Notes: generated by a model not told the origin, from the letters alone. A stretch of DNA of 46,149 bases from a virus (IMGVR_UViG_3300032253_000002:1-46149), one strand, 5' to 3'; counted from the stretch's first letter, positions 35,941 to 46,149 are shown. Numbers and translations are program-made.

Positions 35941-35960
35941 ATTAATTGGAGACAAAGAGC

Positions 35961-36266
35961 ATGCCACGATATAAAGTATTATCACCAGGTTTTTATGACG
36001 GTAGATTGTATGACCCTGAAGGGAAACGTCCAGTATTATATACTGACAAACCTTTTACGAAAGCAAACCCTATGCCTTCATGGTTAGGTAACATGCCTGA
36101 AGAATCAGCTACTGCTAAAAAAGCACGTATTGCAGCTGAGAAAAAACAGGCTACTGCTGATGCTAAAAAAACCGAGCAAGATGAACAAGATATCAAAAAT
36201 CACATGACAATGGGTGAAGGTGAAACTTCGTTCATGAATAAGAAGTCCAACGTAGAAACTCTTTAA
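35961..36266 (+). CDS. Small virion-associated protein
   Basis: GGAG RBS before MPRYKVL..GFYDGRLYDP. Confidence 0.7.
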   Translation: MPRYKVLSPGFYDGRLYDPEGKRPVLYTDKPFTKANPMPSWLGNMPEESATAKKARIAAEKKQATADAKKTEQDEQDIKNHMTMGEGETSFMNKKSNVETL

Positions 36267-36278
36267 GGAAGGTGTATC

Positions 36279-36935
36279 ATCTCTTCTGAAATTGAAATTT
36301 GTAATTTAGCATTATCTAATATTAGAGCTGGCAGTATTAACAGTTTTACTGAAGGTAGTGTACAAGCTCAGTTATGTAAGCTTAAGTACCCTATTGTTCG
36401 TGATATGATGCTGACTGATTTGGTATGGGGTTTTGCTCATAAGATTACAGGTTTAGCAGTAGTGACTACTGAAATTTTCAACTGGGCTTATGCTTATCAA
36501 TACCCATCAGATTGTTTAAAAATCAATCGATTAGTCAGTGCGTATGAAGAATTATCAAATGCTGACGCTGATGTTGTATCACGGTTGCTTGATAGCCAAC
36601 TTTTACCATTAAAAGACTCACATCAACAGATAACCTATGAAATATTCAACTTTAGTGAAAATAAACTCATTGGTGCTAATGAAGCCGAACTACGTATTGA
36701 TTACGTGTCAAATGTTACTGACCCTAATCTGTTCACACCTGCGTTTACTTTAGCGTTTAGTCATTTACTTGCATCTGAATTGGCAATACCGCTTGTTGGT
36801 GCTGAAACTGGTAGAAGTTTACGAAGTGATTCATTAACAATGTATAAAGAATACGGCGCATCTGCTGCTGCTGATGACCTCAACGAAGCTTATGTTGCAC
36901 CATCATTAAGTGAGTATGAAACTATCAGGAGATAA
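36279..36935 (+). CDS. Tail tubular protein A / adaptor (apparent ATC start)
   Basis: Frame is open upstream of the track start and encodes the conserved SEIEICNLALSNI...I.S..E.S..A..C; also W.FA and YAYQYPSDCL. Confidence 0.85.
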   Translation: MSSEIEICNLALSNIRAGSINSFTEGSVQAQLCKLKYPIVRDMMLTDLVWGFAHKITGLAVVTTEIFNWAYAYQYPSDCLKINRLVSAYEELSNADADVVSRLLDSQLLPLKDSHQQITYEIFNFSENKLIGANEAELRIDYVSNVTDPNLFTPAFTLAFSHLLASELAIPLVGAETGRSLRSDSLTMYKEYGASAAADDLNEAYVAPSLSEYETIRR

Positions 36936-36939
36936 TTCA

Positions 36940-39024
36940 GTGCCGCAAACTATCCAACGAAGTTTCACATCCGGTGAAATATCACCATCTTTACAATCAA
37001 GAGCAGACTTAAGTAAATACGCATCGGCATTAAACTTATGTGAGAACGTTTTTATCCGGTCACAAGGTGGTGCTTACTCACGCCCAGGGTTCCGATTTAT
37101 TGCCGAACAAGATGACCATACTAAACAAGGTCGATTAATCCCTTTTAGTTTTAACACTGAACAAACTTACATGCTTGTTTTTGAGCATTTGAAAATGCGT
37201 GTTATTAAGGATGGTGGGCTTGTATTAGCTGGCGGGGGTCCGTCTATTTTTGAATTAGTAACCACTTACACAGAAGCAGAGTTGCCGCGTCTTGGTTACT
37301 CACAGTCAGCTGATGTAATGACGATTACTCATCCATCTCATGATACTGCTAATCTCAGTCGGATAGCTGACGATAACTGGACACTGACTACAATCAGTTA
37401 TGCTTCAACAGTAACCGCACCGACGATAAGTTCAGTTGTTGCAGCAGGTACTGGTGCGGGAACATACAACAAAAAATATGAATATGTTGTCACAGCAGTT
37501 GACAGTGACGGGATTGAGTCGTTAGCATCAGCACCTGTCGCACTCACCACACCTTCAATATCACAAACTGCATCGTGTTTAATTACATGGGGTGCTGTCG
37601 CTGGTGCTGACCATTACAGAGTCTATAAGGATCCATCACAAGACACTGATGTGTACGGGTGGATTGGTGATTCTGAAGGGTTGACTTTTAATGATTTTAA
37701 TATCGCACCTATCACCAGTGACGCACCACCACAAGACCGTCAACCATTCACCGGTGCTGATAATAAACCTGCAGTATCAACTTATTTTCAGCAACGTCAA
37801 GTTTTTGCAAACACTAACAATGAGCCACAAGCAGTATTCACAACACAAACTGCTAACTTTAATTCACTTCGTACATCTAACCCTGCGCGTGATGATGATG
37901 CTGTTACGTTCACTATTGCAGCGCAACAGGTCAATGAAATACGTCACCTATTATCACTTGACTCATTGATTCTATTAACATCAGGCGGCGAGTGGATTAC
38001 AACAGAAGGTCAAGATAAAGTGTTAACACCATCAACCATCGGTGTTAGACCGCAATCATATAACGGTTCATCATGGGTAAAACCTGTGATAATCAACAGT
38101 ACCGCATTATACCTGCAGGAAAAAGGTGCACGATTACGTGACCTTGGTTATCAATTTAGCAGTGATAAATACACTGGCAATGATTTATCTATCATGTCTG
38201 AACATTTATTTGAAGGTTATCAAATTACTGAAATGGCTTACGCAAATGAACCCTATGGTATTCTATGGTGTGTCCGTGATGACGGTAGAATGTTAGGACT
38301 CACTTACCAGAAAGAACATGAAGTATGGGGTTGGCATCAACATGTTACCGATGGTGAATTTGAATCTGTTGCAACAATTACTGAAGATGGTCGTGATGCG
38401 GTTTATGTTATTGTGAAACGTGTTATCGATGGTAACACTGTTCGTTATATTGAAAGACTTGAAAAACGTGAACGGGTGAATGCTGAAGATGCGTTTTGTG
38501 TTGATTCAGGTTTATCTTACGACGGTGCACCTGCAACAGTTATCACCGGTTTAGACCATCTTGAAGGTGAAGCAGTCGCTATATTAGCAGACGGTAATGA
38601 AGTAACCGGTAAAACAGTCTCATCAGGTTCTGTAACACTTGATACAGCAGCATCGAAAATTCACATAGGTTTAGCTTATACACCTGCGATTGAGTTACTT
38701 GATGTTGATGTACCATCAGCTACCGATACTCTTAAAGACTTATCAGTGTCAGTGTCTAAAGTTTACATTGAAGTGGAAGCATCACGCGGCGGGTGGGTCG
38801 GTGCAAAAGTTGATGTTAATAGTTCTTTAACACCTATATATACTGAGATTAAACCGCGTTTCGATAGTGATGATTATGACTCTATCTCATTGAAAACACA
38901 TAAACAGGAAATCATTATTGACCCTGTGTGGGGTAAAGGTGGCGGTGTTCGCATTGAACAACGTGCACCACTACCTTTGAATATACTGTCTGTTATTCCA
39001 ACAGTAGATGTTGGGGGTAACTAA
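36940..39024 (+). CDS. Tail tubular protein B / nozzle
   Basis: GTG start after AGGAG; QRSFTSGEISP.L..R.D, Y.QSADVM, GW..H.TDG. Confidence 0.9.
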   Translation: MPQTIQRSFTSGEISPSLQSRADLSKYASALNLCENVFIRSQGGAYSRPGFRFIAEQDDHTKQGRLIPFSFNTEQTYMLVFEHLKMRVIKDGGLVLAGGGPSIFELVTTYTEAELPRLGYSQSADVMTITHPSHDTANLSRIADDNWTLTTISYASTVTAPTISSVVAAGTGAGTYNKKYEYVVTAVDSDGIESLASAPVALTTPSISQTASCLITWGAVAGADHYRVYKDPSQDTDVYGWIGDSEGLTFNDFNIAPITSDAPPQDRQPFTGADNKPAVSTYFQQRQVFANTNNEPQAVFTTQTANFNSLRTSNPARDDDAVTFTIAAQQVNEIRHLLSLDSLILLTSGGEWITTEGQDKVLTPSTIGVRPQSYNGSSWVKPVIINSTALYLQEKGARLRDLGYQFSSDKYTGNDLSIMSEHLFEGYQITEMAYANEPYGILWCVRDDGRMLGLTYQKEHEVWGWHQHVTDGEFESVATITEDGRDAVYVIVKRVIDGNTVRYIERLEKRERVNAEDAFCVDSGLSYDGAPATVITGLDHLEGEAVAILADGNEVTGKTVSSGSVTLDTAASKIHIGLAYTPAIELLDVDVPSATDTLKDLSVSVSKVYIEVEASRGGWVGAKVDVNSSLTPIYTEIKPRFDSDDYDSISLKTHKQEIIIDPVWGKGGGVRIEQRAPLPLNILSVIPTVDVGGN

Positions 39025-39025
39025 T

Positions 39026-39487
39026 GTGGAAATTAAGTATTTAAGACCAACTGTTCCAATGATGGAAGAGATAGCAAAAAACATGCGTCAGGCTGATATT
39101 GATGAAGCGTGGGTATCTCACCATCAAACACCATTACAGGCGTTATTAGAGTCTTGGAAGATATCAAGTTACAGTGTGATAATCACAGTGGATGATGAAC
39201 CTTGTGTCATGATAGGATTGGTGATACGTGATATACTATCCGGTAACGGTGTGCCGTGGATGCTGGGCACAAATACTGCTTTGAAGCATAAGAAGAATTT
39301 CTTTACTGAGGTTCCAAACGTGATAAAAGAGATGCTAACTCATTGTTCTAAGTTACATAATTATGTACATTGTAAGAATAAAGTCAGTATTAAATGGCTC
39401 AAATGGATAGGTTTCACTTTATGTGACCCTGAACCTTATGGTTGTGAAAAAGAATTGTTCCATAAATTTTACTTAGAGAGAACTTAA
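39026..39487 (+). CDS. GNAT-like virion protein (T7 gp13-like position)
   Basis: MR.AD..E, G.PWMLGT, L.NYV...N..SIKWLKWIGF. Confidence 0.8.
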   Translation: MEIKYLRPTVPMMEEIAKNMRQADIDEAWVSHHQTPLQALLESWKISSYSVIITVDDEPCVMIGLVIRDILSGNGVPWMLGTNTALKHKKNFFTEVPNVIKEMLTHCSKLHNYVHCKNKVSIKWLKWIGFTLCDPEPYGCEKELFHKFYLERT

Positions 39488-39489
39488 TT

Positions 39490-40002
39490 ATGTGTACAGT
39501 AGCAGCAGCAGGTTTAATTGTTACGTTGTATTCTGCGTACTATCAGAAAGAATCGATTGAAAATCAAGGTGACTATGATGAAGGTGTCGCTAAGTACAAT
39601 GCACGTGTTGCTGAGAACAATGCCGAGAAAGCAAGGGCTAAAGGTACTGAAGCTGAAAATGCACAACGTGAAAAAACTGCTCAATTATTAGCAAGACAAC
39701 GTGCTGAACTCGGTGCAGCTAATGTCTCACTTGAATCAGGTTCGGCACTTCAATTACAAGAAGATACTGTTGCACTCGGTGAAGCTGACGCTTTACGTAT
39801 TCGCAGTAATACCGATGACCAATATGACGCACTTATAAATCAAACATCATTATTAGAAGCAGATGCTGTGAACGCACAAACTGCTGCAAGTAACAGAGCA
39901 ACCGGAAGCTTGCTGACAAATGCATCATCTGTTGCAAACTCACGTGTTGCTGATAAATGGTTCACACCGTCCAGTTCAGCGAAAGGTACACAAAATGCCT
40001 AA
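39490..40002 (+). CDS. Small internal virion (ejection) protein
   Basis: MC start, Ala/Gln-rich helix, A.NV...SGSAL. Confidence 0.8.
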   Translation: MCTVAAAGLIVTLYSAYYQKESIENQGDYDEGVAKYNARVAENNAEKARAKGTEAENAQREKTAQLLARQRAELGAANVSLESGSALQLQEDTVALGEADALRIRSNTDDQYDALINQTSLLEADAVNAQTAASNRATGSLLTNASSVANSRVADKWFTPSSSAKGTQNA

Positions 40003-41671
40003 AATAGTACAATACAACCCTGACCAGGTACAAACTCAAATAGCTCAACAACCAATGGCACGTAGTGCACCTGCTGCAGCATTTGGTGGTGATGTTGCAA
40101 AAGGGTTATCAGATGTTGCTAAAGCAACGTTTGACATGAAGAAACGTATTGATACTACATCAGCTGAAGAAGCTATGGTGAAATTTGAACGTGCTAAAAA
40201 TGACACGTTCTTTAATCCTGACAATGGTTACTTTAATACACAAGGTCGTGATGCTTACGATAACTCAGTAAATACAACTAAAGCCATTGAAGAACTGAAA
40301 AAGAAACATGGTGACGCATTGAACCCTGATGCACGATTCATGTTTGACCGTGTTGCTAATAAACATATTACATCAGCTAACACTGATATTGCACGTCATG
40401 CTGCTAAAGGTTTGAAAGTATGGGAAGTATCAACGATTGAAGCACAAGTTGAGAACACCATTGAAAACTCATCTTTATATTGGAATGATCCTGATAAATT
40501 AAGAGTTCAAAGTATCATCGGTGAACAAGCTATTGTAGACGCTGCTGAATTATCAGGCATCAGTCCTGAAGCAACGGCTGAAAAATTACAAACTTACCGG
40601 TCAGCGGTCGCTGGTGCCACTATAGCAGCAGCGACACAAAGCAGTGCAGCTGAAGGTAAAATTGCACTGGATAAATACGGCACTAAATTAGAAGGTCCTG
40701 ATGCTGTTAAAGTAAAAGCAGCGATTGAACGTAAAGCGAAAGTTGAAAAAACACAAGCTGATGCTAATGCTGCTGTGTTGACTGCAGGTAAATTGAATAA
40801 TCAATATGACACTCGTCAAGATATCATTGATGAAGTGAACAAGATTAAAGATCCTGAGCTTCGTAAGAAAACAATGTCAGAATCAATGACGCAATTCAGC
40901 GCAAGTAAAGTTGCTGCAAAAGAAGAACAAAATAACTATTATCAAGATGCGATTAAATCGGTGAATGACGGTTTAACACCAATGCAGATTCAGGCACGAA
41001 ACGCTGAAGCCTGGGAAGGTATGAGTGATTCACAACGTAATAATATTTTATCCGGTAAGCACATGATTACTGACCAGGTTGTACTTAATAAATTCAGAAT
41101 GATGGGTGTGAAAGAGAAAGCCGAATTTGACCCGAACAGTATATCTGATAAATTGAACCCAAGAGATATGCAAAAAGTGGTGAGTGAAGTTCAAGCCGCT
41201 AGAAAAGGTAATCAGGGTAGTCGAGTCAAAACACTATCAGCTAAAGCAATGCAGGCTGCAGAAAGTGCGTTTGGTAAGAAGAAAAAGTGGACATCAAATA
41301 GCGGTAAAGCCAATGATAAAGGTAAAGCAGCTAATCAATTCCTGAGTGATTTACAAGATGCTATCGATGAAGCTGAAACAGATAAAGGTGGTAAGATTAC
41401 ACCGGCTGAAGAGAATCAAATCATCAGTGAATTCACTCGTCAAATTGTTGTTGAACGTTCAAACTTTGGTTTGGATATATTAGCATTTGATACCGAGATT
41501 GATTTAAGCAATGCACCCGCAAAAGATGTTCGGATGTTGAATCAAATTATTGATAAAACACCTGATATTGATATGGTTGATTTAACTGAAGCTTATCAAT
41601 TTTTAATTGATGAAGGTCAACCGGTGACAGCTACTACACTGAGAAAAGTATACGCACAAGGTAGAAAATAA
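39995..41671 (+). CDS. Internal virion (ejection) protein
   Basis: Likely start MPKIVQY at 39995; helical; between the small and giant ejection proteins. Confidence 0.8.
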   Translation: MPKIVQYNPDQVQTQIAQQPMARSAPAAAFGGDVAKGLSDVAKATFDMKKRIDTTSAEEAMVKFERAKNDTFFNPDNGYFNTQGRDAYDNSVNTTKAIEELKKKHGDALNPDARFMFDRVANKHITSANTDIARHAAKGLKVWEVSTIEAQVENTIENSSLYWNDPDKLRVQSIIGEQAIVDAAELSGISPEATAEKLQTYRSAVAGATIAAATQSSAAEGKIALDKYGTKLEGPDAVKVKAAIERKAKVEKTQADANAAVLTAGKLNNQYDTRQDIIDEVNKIKDPELRKKTMSESMTQFSASKVAAKEEQNNYYQDAIKSVNDGLTPMQIQARNAEAWEGMSDSQRNNILSGKHMITDQVVLNKFRMMGVKEKAEFDPNSISDKLNPRDMQKVVSEVQAARKGNQGSRVKTLSAKAMQAAESAFGKKKKWTSNSGKANDKGKAANQFLSDLQDAIDEAETDKGGKITPAEENQIISEFTRQIVVERSNFGLDILAFDTEIDLSNAPAKDVRMLNQIIDKTPDIDMVDLTEAYQFLIDEGQPVTATTLRKVYAQGRK

Positions 41672-44600
41672 ATGGCATTCGATCCATCTAAGGTTGATTT
41701 GAGTTCGTTATCACAGGTGTCAGCAACTGAAAATTTAGACAGTACAGCTGATGACAATCTGAACTTCACCATGAGTGAAGCAGTGAAAGTGAACCCTGAT
41801 AACCATGCTAAAGTTTTAGACTTAAGTAAAAAGTCAGGTGTACCATCATTCGCTGTTGAAGATAACCCTGATGCTGTTGAACAGGACATCAAGAAAAGTC
41901 AATTTGATTTCACTGGTTTAAGAGAAACTAACCCTAAAACAGCGAAACATTTCGATAACATCGATAACGCAATTGTTGCTCAAGATGACGTTGATGTAAT
42001 GAAGTCGATTGAAAACGTATTGAACCCTATCAGTCGTTTTTTCGGTGGCGCGGGTGAAGCGGTTAAAGCAACACCTGAACTCATTGAACAATCCGGTAAA
42101 GCATTTAAAGTCGGTGCGTTAGTTGCTGCACAGAATCAGATGACGGGTATTCAAGATGACTTCGCTGCTAAAAGTGATGCACGTTTAATTGAGAAGATGC
42201 GTCAACTCGGTGTCAAAACACCACGTCCATCACTTGTAACAACATCTACACTGCAAGAATATGACTTCACTAAAACAGATGAATTCCAAACAGCATTAAC
42301 TGAATATAGAACAACAGCTGAAGAAGCACGAAAAAATAGACCAGAAGATTTTGCAGGTGGGTTTGGTTTCGATGCTGTTCAGATGGTTGAAAAAATGGTA
42401 CCGATACTGGTGACCAGTGCTGTAACCGGTGGTAGTACAGCAGGTTTAACCGTGATGTTTGGTCAAGTCTATTCTGAACGTCAAGCTGATTTAATCAGTC
42501 AAGGTATGAGTTTAGAAGATGCACGTGTGCATGCATTTGCATCAGCCACCATTGAAACAGTCACAGAGAAAATACCACTTGATATCCTGGTTAAGAAATT
42601 AGGCTGGTCAGGTGTTAAGAAATTTATCGGGTTCACCGTTGCTGAAAGTTTACAAGAGGGTGCCAGCTCTGCATTACAAAGCGCATGGGATAAAGCAACA
42701 ATCAATCCTGATTTAACATTGGACCAAGCGTTGAATGAATTAGGCTATGAAATGTTACTCGGTGGTACTGGTGGTGCGGCCATATCAGCTACATATATCG
42801 GTGCGGAAAAAGCGGTTAACGCATTAACAAAGAACACTGAAGAAGTTGAAGCACAAGGTGACGTTGAACAACGTCAAATTGATGAGATTAATACGAAGTC
42901 AACTGAATCAAAATTACGTGAACGTGATAAAGAATCATTCAAACAGTTTGTTGAACAAGCCGATGGTGAAGCTAACACGACTGTATTTGTTGATAGTGCA
43001 CAGGCTGCATTGTATATGCAGGATAAAACATCAGATGAAATTGAAGCTGATGCTGCACTGAAAATGTTATCGGACCAACTTGCTGAAGCGTCTGTGACCG
43101 GTACTGATGTTCAGATACCTGTTGCTGATTTTGCTGCAGAGTTTGCAGGTACTGACCATTTTACAGAGTTGCGTGACAGCATGACAATGAGTGCTGAAAC
43201 TGTTGCGCCATTTCGTCAAGAGCAAGTGAAAAAAGAAACCGATGCATATGTCACTAAATTGATGGATGAAGCACAACAGAACACCAGTGAGTATGTGCAA
43301 GCTCAAGAAATATTCACGACTGTTCGTGACCAGTTGGTTGATACCGGTGCGATAACACCTGAGAACGCTTCAGTTATGGCGAAGATTGTTCCTGCATGGG
43401 CAACGGCCACAGCTGTTCGTCAAGGTAAAACTGTTGAGCAAGTTTACAAAGATTCAGGTTTAGTTATTGAAGGTCCACAAACCGGTGAACGTGCACGTCA
43501 AGCTGGTGAGATGGTGTTGGAGCAACAACCGGTTGAAGTAGTTGCAACTGCTCTTGAGTCAGTAAGTGACGATATCTATAGTGATCTTGCATCTGCTCTC
43601 GTAGGTCCGTTCGATGGCGGGTGTGTAATGTGTGCAAATGCATTACAGAAAAACATAGGCGGTAATGTCAGTGTTCTTGTTGATGAAAATGATATTGCAC
43701 AACATGCTGTTGTAGAACGCGACGGTATGTTATTTGATCAAGATGGACCGTTACCGATTGATAAGTTTATTAAACGATTCAATTCACAAGAAACTGACAA
43801 CATCACTGATGTAAGACGAATTAAAGAAAATGATTTACCTGAAGCAGTTCGTGATGATGATATAGAAAAGTCAATGACTCAACGGTTATCTGAAGTATTA
43901 AATCAACAACCTGAACAGTTTGCACAATCGGTTGAAGAATCAACTGACACACCTGAGTTTAAAAAGTGGTCAGGTGACGGTGAAGTTGTTGAACCTGAAG
44001 ATGTTAATGATTATGTATTCAAAGCTGACACACCAGTTGTATTAAAAGTATTCCACGGTACCACTCACAAGTTTGATGTGTTTGATGCCAAGCGTGGAAA
44101 TTTAGAAGGTCAGTTCGGTGCAATTAATTATTTTACTAGTAGTGAATATGATGCATCTGATAACTACGCAGGTGAAGGTCCTGATTTAACTAGTCGTATT
44201 GAACGACGTAGTGAAGAACTAGCACAAAATTTAGAAGATCAATTTGATGAGCAAGGAAGACAAGAAGTAATCGATTCACTTTATAGAAGTACTAATGAGC
44301 TTAGAATTGTCAGTGCACAAGTTGCTGATATGGATAACCATGATGCCGCTGATGAGATTGCTAAAGTGTTAGCGCGTAGGGAATTATCAGGTGGTGAAGA
44401 AGAAGTCATGGAGTTGTTTGTACGTGTCGATAACCCGTTTGTTATTGGTGAGAACGCAGGATGGATTGAGTTTGTTGACAATGAAGCGATTCAAACTGAA
44501 GCAGAACAGCAAGTTGCTGATAACAATGACATCACTGTTAAAGAGCTTGATGAACGTCGTGATGAATTTGAAGATGAAATTGATGAAGCACGCTGGGATA

Positions 44601-46149
44601 TTCAAAATGACACACCACATAAATTAGTTGATGCAATTCAAACCGTATCAGACCGTCATGATGTTGATGCTGCTGAGTTAGCAGGCAGTGTGTATGATTT
44701 CGGTGAAGAAGCCACACCTGAAGCAATTGAAGAACTTCTACGCAATAGTGAAGACTATGCTTATGCGGAAGATGCTGAAACAGGTGAGCTAATTAATTCA
44801 CAATTAATTGCTGAAGTCATTGAAGAAATGGGTTTTGATTCTATCATTTTACGGAATGCTGAAACTCGATTTGAAACAATGAACATTAATGCAGGTACTG
44901 CACACGTTCATATTTTTGACAGTAACAAAACAAACATTAAATCAACTGAGAACATCGGTACATTTGATCCAACTGACCCAAACATTTTCAAACAAAAAGA
45001 CAAGAAACAAGTAGCACGTGGTTACTATGACCCAGCTAACAGTGTGATACGTTTAACTGAAGCAGCGAACCTGTCAACATTCCTTCATGAGTTTGCACAC
45101 TTCATGTATGAAATGGAAGTGGACGGTAACACTGACATGCTGCAGAGTATTAATAACTGGTATAAGCGTAACGCTGTCGAAGTGGCTGCAGAGGCGAACA
45201 CTTATCTTGGTACTGAGTTTGATACGTTGAAGCAGGGTGTTGATGAGTCTGTTGATGTACGTAAACAACGTGCTAAAGAACAAGGGTTTGATGTCGATAC
45301 TGTTCATTATCATGGTGGGGGTGAAGAATTATTAAGTGCTGATTTTGCATTTGACCCATCATTTAAAGCTACATCAACCGGTTTCTGGTTTGCTGATAAT
45401 GAAAGTGTGGCTGAAGAGTACGGTGATACAGTAATATCAGTTTATCTTAAAAAAGGTAAAATGCTTGATATCAGTGAAGAAGGTATATCACGATATTTTA
45501 AAGATGAGTCAGCACCTGATATCGTTAATAAAATGTCAGAGAAAGGTTATGATTTATCAGTTGATGAATTTCATAAGAAAGTAACTGATCCTAATTTCTG
45601 GCAAGCTGATGATAGTACGTCATTTCAAAATGCATTAATTGAATCACTTACTGAGCTTGGTTATGACAGTCTTCGTATTGATGATGCTGCGGGTTTTTCA
45701 GTTGACCCTTCAACTGTAATATTCAATCCTGAGAATATCATACGTATTGATGACAACATCATCTTCGCACAAGAACAAGACACACCAACCGGTAAAGAAG
45801 GCTCAATCACAGCTGATGATGTTGTTGCATTCCTGGACCAGACCACCACCGGTGACACTGCAAAAGACGCAGCAATCCGACGCGCAGTACATGAGCAATT
45901 TGCACGTGGGTTTGAGCAATACCTGATGGAAGGTAAAGCACCATCAATTGAACTGCGTAATGCATTCAGAACATTTGCACGATGGTTGGTGCAGATTTAC
46001 AAGTCACTGCGTGGACAACTCAACGTTAACATTGATGATGAGATGCGAGCTGTATTCGACCGGTTAGTTGCCACTGAAGAACAAATTGCTGCAGCTGAAG
46101 CACGTGCACACGTTGAACCATTGTTCACCGATGCTGCTATGGCTGGTAT
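41672..46149 (+). CDS. Giant internal virion polyvalent protein, N-terminal part (continues at position 128 to 3416)
   Basis: ATG directly after the previous stop, open to the window end, hence absent from the track. Papain-like C/H/D motif, two ART-like domains, HEFAH metallopeptidase. Confidence 0.88.
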   Translation, partial: MAFDPSKVDLSSLSQVSATENLDSTADDNLNFTMSEAVKVNPDNHAKVLDLSKKSGVPSFAVEDNPDAVEQDIKKSQFDFTGLRETNPKTAKHFDNIDNAIVAQDDVDVMKSIENVLNPISRFFGGAGEAVKATPELIEQSGKAFKVGALVAAQNQMTGIQDDFAAKSDARLIEKMRQLGVKTPRPSLVTTSTLQEYDFTKTDEFQTALTEYRTTAEEARKNRPEDFAGGFGFDAVQMVEKMVPILVTSAVTGGSTAGLTVMFGQVYSERQADLISQGMSLEDARVHAFASATIETVTEKIPLDILVKKLGWSGVKKFIGFTVAESLQEGASSALQSAWDKATINPDLTLDQALNELGYEMLLGGTGGAAISATYIGAEKAVNALTKNTEEVEAQGDVEQRQIDEINTKSTESKLRERDKESFKQFVEQADGEANTTVFVDSAQAALYMQDKTSDEIEADAALKMLSDQLAEASVTGTDVQIPVADFAAEFAGTDHFTELRDSMTMSAETVAPFRQEQVKKETDAYVTKLMDEAQQNTSEYVQAQEIFTTVRDQLVDTGAITPENASVMAKIVPAWATATAVRQGKTVEQVYKDSGLVIEGPQTGERARQAGEMVLEQQPVEVVATALESVSDDIYSDLASALVGPFDGGCVMCANALQKNIGGNVSVLVDENDIAQHAVVERDGMLFDQDGPLPIDKFIKRFNSQETDNITDVRRIKENDLPEAVRDDDIEKSMTQRLSEVLNQQPEQFAQSVEESTDTPEFKKWSGDGEVVEPEDVNDYVFKADTPVVLKVFHGTTHKFDVFDAKRGNLEGQFGAINYFTSSEYDASDNYAGEGPDLTSRIERRSEELAQNLEDQFDEQGRQEVIDSLYRSTNELRIVSAQVADMDNHDAADEIAKVLARRELSGGEEEVMELFVRVDNPFVIGENAGWIEFVDNEAIQTEAEQQVADNNDITVKELDERRDEFEDEIDEARWDIQNDTPHKLVDAIQTVSDRHDVDAAELAGSVYDFGEEATPEAIEELLRNSEDYAYAEDAETGELINSQLIAEVIEEMGFDSIILRNAETRFETMNINAGTAHVHIFDSNKTNIKSTENIGTFDPTDPNIFKQKDKKQVARGYYDPANSVIRLTEAANLSTFLHEFAHFMYEMEVDGNTDMLQSINNWYKRNAVEVAAEANTYLGTEFDTLKQGVDESVDVRKQRAKEQGFDVDTVHYHGGGEELLSADFAFDPSFKATSTGFWFADNESVAEEYGDTVISVYLKKGKMLDISEEGISRYFKDESAPDIVNKMSEKGYDLSVDEFHKKVTDPNFWQADDSTSFQNALIESLTELGYDSLRIDDAAGFSVDPSTVIFNPENIIRIDDNIIFAQEQDTPTGKEGSITADDVVAFLDQTTTGDTAKDAAIRRAVHEQFARGFEQYLMEGKAPSIELRNAFRTFARWLVQIYKSLRGQLNVNIDDEMRAVFDRLVATEEQIAAAEARAHVEPLFTDAAMAG
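46023..46149. repeat. 127-bp terminal direct repeat (copy 2)
   Basis: Identical to 1-127. Confidence 0.95.

Noticed and set aside
35961-36935. Stop-codon readthrough fusing the small virion protein to the tail adaptor
   Set aside because: They share a frame, but TAA is rarely read through and a strong RBS follows the stop.
41617-45858. Short track ORFs in this interval and other antisense/overlapping ORFs genome-wide
   Set aside because: They are shadows of long genes with no recognisable motifs; the real gene here is the unlisted frame from 41672.
1-46149. Alternative genetic code or temperate lifestyle
   Set aside because: Standard code gives dense full-length genes, and no integrase, CI-like repressor or partition genes were recognised.

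Overview
The window is a complete, circularly permuted dsDNA phage genome of about 46,022 bp. Bases 1-127 repeat exactly at 46023-46149, which is an assembly overlap. The virion module resembles BPP-1/APSE-type podoviruses: TerS, TerL, portal, scaffold, major capsid, cement, tail tubular A/B, an acetyltransferase-like protein, three ejection proteins, a tail fibre and a lysis cassette. The replication module has an SNF2-type helicase, VRR-NUC, a family-B DNA polymerase, a DUF2815 SSB, a DUF2800 Cas4-like nuclease and an AEP primase-helicase, plus a peptide deformylase. I saw no integrase, CI-type repressor, RNA polymerase, reverse transcriptase, CRISPR or complete tRNA. Sigma70-like promoters, an IHF site, DnaA boxes and an AmpD-like amidase suggest a proteobacterial host. 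The most unusual features are: (1) an array of tiny early genes joined by a repeated 17-bp stop+RBS junction and preceded by a T-loop-containing structured RNA; (2) an 85-aa protein carrying three large-terminase signature motifs, a candidate decoy for terminase-sensing defences; (3) a DNA polymerase split in two by an apparently intron-less HNH gene; (4) a 2588-aa ejection protein, missed by the ORF track, carrying a papain-like, two ART-like and a metallopeptidase domain; (5) a shared C-terminal [ED]-[VI]-[SN]-F-[FL] tail on four unrelated proteins; (6) an apparent AUC start codon in the tail adaptor gene. All family assignments come from motif recognition by eye, not database searches.
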